A stretch of DNA of 64,000 nucleotides from Lingula anatina (lineage: Eukaryota; Animalia; Brachiopoda): the NCBI GenBank assembly GCA_051362555.1, contig CM120645.1, positions 21,762,001 to 21,826,000 on the forward strand, read 5' to 3'. The notes below the pieces were generated by a model. The model was given only the letters and a program-made list of their open reading frames with translations. It did no database searches and had not been told where the DNA came from. Below are positions 1-10,304 of this stretch, one piece after another; the stretch's first letter is position 1, and the number at the start of each line of letters is the position of its first letter. The translations under genes were made by a program, and so were the position numbers.

Positions 1-115
1 TTCTTAACAATGAAGAACCCCATCAGTAGAACAAACAGTCAACAGTAATAGAATTACTGGGTTGTGGGGGTGTGCAGACTTGGCCAGGGGGCGGACTAGC
101 CCCGCCTTGTCCTAC

Positions 116-3100
116 CTTTGACGAGAACAGCAGATGGTTTCTGGACTTGCTCCACTGTAAGAAACGTTCCAAGAAAACTTTCTTTCGAGACACTCTGTGC
201 TATAGATGTGATAACAGTACCTGAAGAAACAAAGTATAACAGTTTACTAATGTTTGACTTTATTAACTAGATGACGAACTTTGATTCCATTTTTGCAAAA
301 ACGGTATGATTTTAATTTAAGTTCTCAGCAGTCATAATTAATGACTTTACGACCATCAAAGTAATAAACAAGAAAGTACAATAACATCACCACCGCTAAG
401 GATGTAACATGCCTTTGAACCATAAACACAATCTAATCGAAACAGAGAAAGCATTCCACTTTATACTGTATATTGGAATATAAAATTTGACTCATCTCAT
501 GAATCCTTAAAATAAATTCCGTACATGGATATAAAGTACACAGAAAAATAATAACGAAGAAAATAATGTTACCGCTTATTTTTCTGTCAAAAGTAAGCAC
601 TGAAGAAGTGTGATCAATGCCAGTGTGAGCTCCAACAACGGCCAAATCAGTGCCAGCCAGTTTCTCCAGGAAATGTGACACCTTTTCTCGGCTTGTGCCA
701 GGCTATGGAACGCCATCCACGCAAAAAATCAGACTTGCAATTTAATAGCCAAATAACATTCTAACAGCCTACAAGAAATCTAACAGTGGTCAAAATAATC
801 TAATAGCCAACTCATAAAATTTAACAGTGTTAAAAAATCTAATAGCCACTCATAAAATTTAACAGCGTTAAAAAATCTTACAGCCAACTTATAATCTTAC
901 AGCCAACTTCTCAAAACAGCCAAGTCAGCATTTTACGCTAGAGGTCACTGCTGTCACGGGTCTATCCGTGGACAGCGCGTAAAGTGATGACGTACGTCTT
1001 TAAATATGAATGTAACTCCCTGTGCTTGTAATATATTCTCTTTTCTGTATATGAACATGTAACATAAAGATAAACTCCCAAGTACGCATATGTTTGTCCT
1101 AATTGAATATTTTATGTGGTTTTGATATTAATCTGGAATGAATTTAGCGTGAAAATGTAAATAAGCAAATTAAGCCTCAGTATACATAGAATTATTTCCC
1201 CATTGTTTTGGTCCCTTTACCATATTTTTATTTTATAATAAAAATCTTTCCAACAAGGCGTTTGTTTTATCTTGTTCTATATATTAAATCATTTATAAAT
1301 ATATGTTTCTAAAAGAATCATTTTAAATAGAACGTTCACTGTCATCCCATCGGTGATTGTAATGCGATGAACGCTGGACTTGTATTACCATCGTAGTAAA
1401 ACATGAGACTAGTGACCATGCATTGGGTGAAATTAGGTCACAGTTTTGATTCATGCATATGCAGATTACGTCCAGTTGCGTCCTATGATAGGACAATGCG
1501 TCCTAGGCACCGCCATGTTTTACCCTACGCGATGTAACCTTGCATTACTTAGTACGGGGGTTTGAAACTGAACACCGTTTTCTTGTGCATCTTTCGGGAA
1601 GGAACTCCACGTATTCCGGTGGCAAAATACTCTTTTATATTAGTTCTGATTCGACCTTCCATCCACGTAATGTGGATGTTAAACAACATCTCTCCATAGA
1701 AGTAGAGATCTCTCAGACTTCAGATGACGTCATCACTTTACGCGCCGTCCACGGATAGACCCGTGACAGCAGTGACCTCTAGCGTTAGATGCTGACTTGG
1801 CTGTTTTGAGAAGTTGGCTGTAAGATTATGAGTTGGCTGTAAGATTTTTTAACGCTGTTAAATTTTATGAGTTGGCTATTAGATTTTTTATCACTGTTAA
1901 ATTTTATGAGTTGGCTATTAGATTATTTTGACCACTGTTAGATTTCTTGTAGGCTGTTAGAATGTCATTTGGCTATTAAATTGCAAGTCTGATTTTTTGC
2001 GTGGATGGCGTTCCATACCAGGCGGAATGCCCTAAATGATATATGTTAGAATTTCCCTGTGTATAGAATTTTATTTGAGGCATGATGCGTACTCTCTTTT
2101 ATAAATATTTTTCCCAATAAGTTTTTACTTTCACAATTCTAGAATCATATAATCCCTTAATGCCGTCTTTGAAAACAAACCATAAACAGGCACTATCTTT
2201 GTCCCCCTTTTCCTCCCCTTTTCAACCTTGTTGCATTAACATCAATAAGCATACAAAAATGCCGACACTTGTTGAATAGCTGTCTTAACTACCTTCACAA
2301 GAACACTCGTGTCGTCTACAGAATCCACGCTGTCCTTTAGAACGCCAATGTTGCAGCGACTTTCCCGCAAAACGTCTTCCCTCTCTGCAATAAATACAAG
2401 ACTTGATCATTTTAAGATATTAGTTTTGTAATTCAATATCATTCTTGCGCACGACTCGCCATAACTAATGCTAATTACTGATGACAACCACAAGTGTATT
2501 TGTTACAATGTCGAAAGGCTAGATTACATATGTCATGGGCTCCGCAAAAGGAAATCGTTTAGAATTTTTCGTACGATCATTTATTTAATTTTTTAATTTT
2601 ATTTTATTTCATTTTTTTATTTATTTATTTATTTATTATTATTATTTTTTTTTTTTTGCATCGTACCAAGACCCCATCCCCATACCTACATGTACATATC
2701 GATCTAGCAGGATCGGCCCATCTCCACGGGATTTCTCGCTCTGGCACGCCTACTGAAGCTGTATGAGGGTAATTAACTATCGTTTGGCAGCTTCAGTAGG
2801 CGTGCCAGGCATCTAAGCCGCTTAATCTGGATGCATTTTAGCGAGAATCATCGAATAGCAAATGTAATCTAGGCTCAACTCTAAGATGGTACGGCACAAC
2901 CAGTTAAGCGATTTCTCAATAAATAAAGAAAAATGATAATACAAATAAATCCAAAATTGCTATAATGTACCAGATTCACTTTTAAACGTCACGTAAACAG
3001 CGTTCCGCTTCTTGGAGTTATTGATGGCTGATATTACTGGGTCGGAAATAGCATGGCGGCTAAAATACAGCTGGTCGATCATCTCTTCGTCTGTCCTTGG

Positions 3101-3181
3101 TCGGGATCCCTTGGCTTCAATTAAGCTTTTAGATGTACCAGAGTTGGATTGCGGACAGTTTAGGCTATTAAGCTGTGCCAT
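116..3181 (-). CDS. 5' part of a multi-RRM protein gene, similar to the N-terminus of PARP14/PARP10-type proteins; continues off the left edge; one exon is interrupted by a TE
   Basis: Phase-consistent exons: 3183-2971 (ATG 3181; ...TDEEMIDQLYFSRH...NAVYVTFKSES), 2384-2293 (EREDVLRES...DDTSVLVK), 2031-2018 + 697-573 (GIPPGTSREKVSHFLEKLAG...SVLTFD once the TE and one TSD are removed) and 220-116 (TVITSIAQSV...LTVEQVQKPSAVLVKG). All have AG/GT boundaries. The repeated SVLVKG-P / LYF / AVYVTF pattern resembles PARP14-type RRMs; the family call is inference. Confidence 0.6.
704..2017. mobile_element. Non-autonomous DNA transposon with ~290-bp TIRs and a 6-bp TSD (IS3EU-like)
   Basis: TIRs at 704-993 and 1727-2017 are near-perfect reverse complements and contain internal short tandem subrepeats. 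Termini are TAT...ATA. The direct repeat CCAGGC lies at 698-703 and 2018-2023. TAY...RTA termini with a 6-bp TSD fit the IS3EU superfamily description. Confidence 0.85.
2680..2850. mobile_element. Partial palindromic MITE, same family as 57180-57715
   Basis: Shares gatctagcaggatcg...ctccacgggatttctcgct and ctggcacgcc...gtaattaactatcgttt motifs with the 57-kb copy. Internal inverted repeat ctggcacgcctactgaagctg / cagcttcagtaggcgtgccag. Confidence 0.6.
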
Positions 3182-4099
3182 CACTGAAACAAAAACGGCA
3201 CAAAATGTGAGCGTGTATTGTCATTTATGAGAGTGACAACGACAACTTTGTACATGTACTTCCCAATTATAAGTAAATGATCTACAATTACATTTAATGT
3301 TTTCGTGTAGCCTTTTCCTTGTTTGTTACAAAAGTTGCATTACACTTTCAATAGTTTGGCAAAGGACATGCCATATACACAGAGAAAGCTTTTTTATACC
3401 TCTTAAGTATTTATCAGTACCATATTGCTCTTGAACTACCACAGCTAACGGTGGATATTTTTCAAGTTTAATCTGGGCAAGGTGAATTATCCAGCTTCAA
3501 AACACATCATTTGTTATACCGATTATGCAAACTTTGAATTCCAGCCACCCGCTTCTTACCTGTTGACTTCCGTTGAGGTCAGAGGTAAAACAATTAAATA
3601 CCAACAGTATTCTATAGGAACTCACAGCTAATGGCGTCGCACTTTCGGTTTGAAGCAGATCGACCGACGCCTTGTTTGCTGCGCGACCCAGTTCTTTTGT
3701 CTGCTGCTTGGGCATCTCTGCTGAACTTCTTTGTTAAACATATTACAGTTTACCTGTACATTATTGATTCAGAATAAAAAAGCTTTGTGTTCGAGTGGTT
3801 AGGGGCCTATCAAGGTCAGCCACATAGACAGAGAGGTACAGTAGGTTTTTGGGCGTGCGTGACAGGAATGGAAGTCATAGTGAATGGAAATCCGGGCTCC
3901 CATATGATTAATACAGGTTTGGGTTAGACGGAGTATTGGGATCAGTATATGAGCCGAATGTCACATGCACAAAGTAATAGGGAATGGACTACGGTTCCTA
4001 ACAGACTACTTTTCTTGTCATACCAGTACATTTAATTTTTGACTCCACTCTCGCTCTTAGTTTAAAAAGATTTCGAAGTAGTGTGTACACATTTACTTC

Positions 4100-4102
<3 letters not shown>

Positions 4103-4156
<54 letters not shown>
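4103..4156. repeat. Poly(T) homopolymer of about 54 nt
   Basis: Visible directly; it explains the poly-Lys ORFs. Confidence 0.95.
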
Positions 4157-6154
4157 CCAGTTAATGCAAAGGATTTCATCTCCATCTCCTCGGTTAACGT
4201 AATACACCAGTAAGGACGATGCATATGTAGAAAAATCGTTCTTTTCACAGTCGGGAGACCTGCGACAGCGGGGAGGGAGGGGGTGGTTGTGGGGAACGAC
4301 ATTCGTCATGAGACCAGCCCTACGGGAGGCCCACAGAAGTGAATATATTATGAGGTCGTTTTATTTCATTACTTTTTTTATGCAGGAAAGGGCGATCATT
4401 TGAAATCGGTTGTTATAGCATACGTTATTATCAGTTGTTATTGCATTGATAAGACCCACTTTAATCAGAGCGCATTTTTATTTTCATATTATTTCTTTAT
4501 TTATTTCTTTATTTATTCCTTTATTTCTTTATTATTATTATTATTTTTGTGTGTGATTGTTTCTCAGTGACATAGTTTACTTTCATACCCGGCCTGTTGT
4601 TTTTCAGACCCGGCGTACCTACTCTGCGTGAAGGTGGAGTTGGCTGCTAAGGGGATTAGATTTCAAAAATAATATGATTATAATAAAATGGTTTGAGAGG
4701 ACAGCCTACACTCAATTATTCATATTCTTCTTATTTTTATATCAACATGTTGGCCTTCAGAAACTTTGCCAGCCGAGTTCCATTAAGCAGGTTTTTCTAA
4801 CATGTATCGTTTGCCGTCTTGTACCGTGTAGATTACTGTAGGCAAAGTTCTGTCAACTGGCGGTCTGTGAATTATCAACCCTTCGAATATACTGTATATC
4901 TTGCACAGGTTATGGCAGGGATACTCTGCCAGTGCCGCAGATAAAGTATGTGCATTTTTCTTCTGCAGAGGATTGTGTCGTGAATTGGTCAGAGACATCT
5001 GAATATCTAGAGAAAAAATCTTTTGCCCTGGTTGAGGGGTACATGGGGATGTCATGCAGGTTAAAGCCTTTTATTTAAAAACACAAGACGAATCGATGGG
5101 ACAGGAGGTACATGTACGTCCTGCTACCACAATCGAAGGCCCTTTACACATTACATTCCCACATTGTTTTTTTTCTGCTTTTTCGCTGTTTCTGTAAATT
5201 GACAAATTACAAAGAGTACGCATGTGCACTTCATTAGGCATATTTAGCCACGTACAACGTTGAATGTGTACAATTTCCCTAGTTTCAGCATCATTATTAA
5301 GATATACATTGTACTTGCAATGAGGGCAATATTGAAGGGATAACAACAGTTTATTTTGATTAAAATGGATTTTCCTGGGGTAAACGACTGTTTTCTCATA
5401 CTTAGCAATAGTTGATGAATCCGTTCCGACATTCGAAGTGAGTCCCTGTTTTTTTCCTAAAAAGTTTTTTTTTGTTATATTCTTTGGTGGTGATCTGATA
5501 AATAATCAATTAGTTAATAAAAAATAATGTAAATTAAGATGTGCGTTCTCCGAGGACTTTAAATTCCAGTTATTTTCTGTTTTGGCACAGGCACTTTCAG
5601 AAAGCAGTTTATAGCAGATGACAAGACATAAAGAGAATAAACAATTTATCACAACCATATTTACTATTTATTTTCTTTCACTGTTTCAGATAGCTTATAG
5701 TTACAGCATCATACAGATTAAACAAAAGAAATAACTGAGCATTATCAGAAGTAAATTACTTTAATAACAATCTGACTTACTTTAATAACTGTAGTATTGT
5801 TTTGATATTTTTATAATCAAGTTGATAATCAAAGCATGCCCCAGTCTGCCAGTATTTCTATATTTGTTGTTTAGGAAAAGTTGCCCGGACCCTGATAGTG
5901 TGGCAATGGGAAGATTAATCTAATGGACGGGTACATGTACATGTTGTATTAGTACTAGTACCCATAACACTCAAGACTTTTCACAAGTATAGTAATCATG
6001 AAATAAAACAGCTTCACATAATTATACACTGTATAAAGTATGTTTTATTAAACCATGTTATTATGTTCAAATTATTTTAAATAAGGCTACTATAATCAAA
6101 TTGTATGTTAATTTTGTGTATTACTTCAGCGTCGTCCTTTTAAAACAATGACCT

Positions 6155-6156
<2 letters not shown>

Positions 6157-6194
<38 letters not shown>
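6157..6194. repeat. (TG)n microsatellite
   Basis: Visible directly. Similar tracts lie at about 10244-10300, 24737-24766, 25291-25340, 48383-48411, 60146-60200 and 63906-63975. Confidence 0.9.
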
Positions 6195-6197
<3 letters not shown>

Positions 6198-7009
6198 CTT
6201 ATGTTAATTCATGGGTATCTGTTAGTTATAAATAACTTCATCATAACAATCCTGCATAATTAACATATACTGAATGGCATATAACATGTGGAAACTAAAT
6301 AAAAACAAACAGCCTTCATGCTCATTTTACAAGCTATATTGATAACAACTGTAGACAGAAATAAAATTTAAGTAAAAAAAGAAATTTAATGAAACTCATG
6401 CAACACATCTGTTATCATAATATTGAATTAAGAGTATCACAAGCAACAATAGTTTGACACTTGTAAGTCATTAAAAATCAAATATGAATTGTTTTTCTGT
6501 AAAAAAAAAAATTACATTATTATATTATACAAGAACCATGTTTTAATGGTATAATGCATTCATCAACTTTCTCAAACCCCTTCAAAGCAGATTTTTCAGT
6601 CAGATGAAATAATGTTCATCATAAAATTCTTAATAAAGCCAGTGCAACTAATTGAATACAATTTTCCCTGTGCTTGAAGCACATCAAAGGTAATTTTATA
6701 TTTAATTCAAGACAAAATACCCAACAAGGATTGTGCAACCCTATTCATATGTAATTATGTAACTATAGAGTTTTGATTAACACATATGTATGATATTACA
6801 TGTTATAGCTGTGATTCCTGTCCTCTCCCTTGACATCACATATCACTGGATAAAATTATGTTATTTAATGTTATAGCTGTGAGGTGTCTCTGTGACTTTT
6901 GTTCTCTTCCCAAACACCACAGATCATTTGCTAAAACTATCATAATGTTAAGATTTATAATTACAGTCTCAATTCTCTTTTCAAGAGACACTGAAGTATA
7001 TGTACTGCA

Positions 7010-10000
7010 TCAACCTTCCAAGTTCAACTCCTCTAGTAAACCATCAATCAGAATCAGCTTGGCATTTGCGTCTTCCACTTCACTGAAGGTCTGAACAAAG
7101 TTTGTGATGTGGAATCTGACGTCATCTATCACTGGGATTGTGTCTGTCTCGTGACGCTCTTTCACGCCCTGGGCATCTTCTGCCACTAGTGAGATGAAGT
7201 CTTCTGATTTGACCATCTGGAAAAAATAACACAAATAGAGAATGGGGTTTCAATCTAAGGTGGGTTTCAATTCAATTCTTTACAATTGTCTCAATACTGG
7301 TAAAGAGGATTAAAATTGTCTTAGCGAGAAGTGAAATGAGGTGTCAAACTAAGAGAGCATTCACATCGAGAAGAGCCGAGGTCTAGTAAGGCCGAGACCT
7401 AAATATGGTGGACCTACATGAAAGGAAGACCATGTAGTCCTTAAATGGTCTCTGGATATGAATGCTCTCTAAGGCGAATATCAAGAACATTATGCATGAA
7501 GACAAATCACACAGAACCAGGCTTTTTTAATTGATATCTGCATATTGTACAAGTCGGATACACCCCTTATAAGTAAGGTGTATATAACAACCACTCCTGT
7601 TCTGTACTCATGTACTAGTATATCACATGCACTGCCCTGACTTGCTGTGTGTCTATTACAACCAAGACAAGCACATTGTGAAAAAAGAACGAAGTTAGCA
7701 GAGATGAGAAAATCACTTCACCATGTTTGGTGATTAGCCATTGTATTCTATCTTAGTGTCACTGGTACAGATGTATATTTACCAATGGCAAGTGAGTCCA
7801 TAAAATATTGGTATGTAAGACTGCATTCCCACAGATTTAGATCGATCCATTTGGGGATAGATCACCCATGGGGATAGATCGATCTAAAATCTGTGGGAAT
7901 GCAGTCTAACATTCTGTTTTACCTTGTCGATATTATTAGCAATGTGCTCCGTACACTGATCCTCAAGTCTTGGCAAGTTAAACAGCCGTGCCGTCCTCAA
8001 TACACTGATGACATTGTCACAACTCAGACAGTTCCCTATGACATTGGAGCACTGCCTCTTCAGGCCAGGCAGCAGGTACATGTCAGCTGTCCACAGGATG
8101 TCAAACACATTGCCATCATTTAGCTGCAAAATGACAAAGACATTGTTGTCATTTAGCTGTCGTGTCAAACACATTGTTGTCATTTAGCTGAAATATGCCA
8201 AAGACATTGCTGTCATTTAGCTGAAATATGTCAAGCAAACTGTTGTGATTTTACTGAAATATGTCAAACACATTGTTGTCATTTAGCTAAAATTATCAAA
8301 CATTTTGCTGTGATTTAGCTGCAATATGTCAAATACAATGCTGTCATTTTTTGATGTAAGTTGATATGTGTACTAGTGTTACTCATAATGATGAAATTTA
8401 AAGCTGTTCAATTTTTTTCCACTATGTAGATGAAAGCAAACCCCGAAAGCTTTCATCCCAACAACTGGGAATTCATCTGTCACATTGAAGTTATGTGATG
8501 ATAAGTATCCTGGTAGATGTAGTACATCCCTTGTACCTACCTCACAGGTATCCTGGTAGATGTAGTACATCCCTTGTACCTACCTCACAGGTATCCTGGT
8601 AGATGTAGTACATCACTTGTACCTACCTCACAGGTATCCCGGTAGATGTAGCAGAATCACTTGTACCTACCTCACAGGTATCCTGGTAGAGGTAGTACAT
8701 CCCTTGTACCTACCTCACAGGTATCCTGGTAGAGGTAGTACATCCCTTGTACCTACCTCACAGGTATCCTGGTAGATGTAGTACATCCCTTGTACCTACC
8801 TCACAGGTATCCTGGTAGATGTAGTACATCACTTGTACCTACCTCACAGGTATCCCGGTAGATGTAGCACATCACTTGTCCCTACCTCACAGGTATCCCG
8901 GTAGATGTAGCACATCCCTTGTACCTACTTCACAGGTATCCTGGTAGATGTAGCACATCACTTGTCCCTACCTCACAGGTATCCTGGTAGATGTAGTACA
9001 TCCCTTGTACCTACCTCACAGGTATCCTGGTAGATGTAGTACATCACTTGCACAAAGACCTCTTCCTCAACATCATGGAGGGATATGACAGGAATCTGGG
9101 GGTCACACAGGGGGTCAGATTGGGGGTCTGTAAGGGTCTCGCTCTCACAGAAGTGGTCTTGTAGCAAGGCTTTGAAGTAATCGCTGCGACCACAGAAGAA
9201 TGCCTGGAAGGAAATAATATCATTGTAAGTTAGGAATGTCAACAATAATGACAATGAATTGAAAGACAAGTTTTTTAAAAAAAATAGTCACACAGAGCAA
9301 TAGCAGTTGTATAAAAACAATGACATACTGAAGTAACCTACTCATTCACTTGATCCTGCTCAGTGAGACTTTGGTCTCTTCATCAACGTTAAATTAATGA
9401 AGGACCTACTTACTATAGACAACCTGGAGACCATTAAGAGCATGGAAGTGACAAGGTTGTGACCTCCATTTCATCAGTATTAGAATTAATTTTTATTATG
9501 TTGATATAATATAACTGTATGAATCAAATCTTTCACTTAAAAAAGAGAATTAGACTTGAAGGAGAACCTATGTAGTTTGTTGCTTGGAAGCTCTAAAAGT
9601 TGATTGTTTTTCAGATGTTGTTGTTACCTTTATGACACAATCCATGACATACCTTGTGCACCATATAGTGATGACCCTGTATGGAAAGACAGAGATCTGG
9701 GTACGTCAGCAATCTTTCAGAAGGAAATGGGAGTTCACCATCAGCCTGAAAACAATTTTTCAAGATTATACAGAATTATTATATGTATTTAGATCTATAT
9801 GTAGCTACTGATTTGGAACCTCATCTGCTTCATCTGTCTAACAGTACATGTAGTTGTTTTTATCTGTAGACTTCTGAACACAACAGCTGAACATTAAATC
9901 CATCATCAACTACAGGCCTTATAAACAAAATTGCCATTTATAATGTGGATCTGCAGATCTAATCTGGTGATTTCCAATGTGTCTGTGCGTGTGTGTTTTT

Positions 10001-10261
10001 CCTTAACAAGACATTGGAGATACTGAAGTTTCATTATACATACTGCTTTGTAGTTTTCAGTCATGTGAAAACCACTGTATAAGTATTCACCTCCACTAAA
10101 TTTTCATTTCATTATCTTACTTTTAAGCAATCTTCACAAACCTATATATTAAGATGTAAAAATTCATGTATTAACATGGGTGACCTTGTCCTTTCTCTCT
10201 CTTTTTTAGCCAGAATTGTCTTGATAGACTAGTGCCCCTGAAATGTGTGTGTGTGTGTGTG

Positions 10262-10304
<43 letters not shown>

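Noticed and set aside
703-2018. Perfect introner-type excision using both TE-created splice sites
   Set aside because: GT(2018)...AG(703) splicing leaves 4 extra nt and frameshifts; only acceptor-only use is in frame.
3497-3715. ORF MPKQQTKE... as the first coding exon of the RRM gene
   Set aside because: Its donor (3559) is phase 0 and would splice onto TGA at 3183; it is more likely a 5' UTR exon or uORF.
3998-4309. Poly-Lys ORFs
   Set aside because: They are produced by a poly(T) homopolymer and have no other coding signal.
8505-9050. CRISPR-like array
   Set aside because: The units are contiguous with no unique spacers, the context is eukaryotic, and the unit derives from an exon-intron junction.
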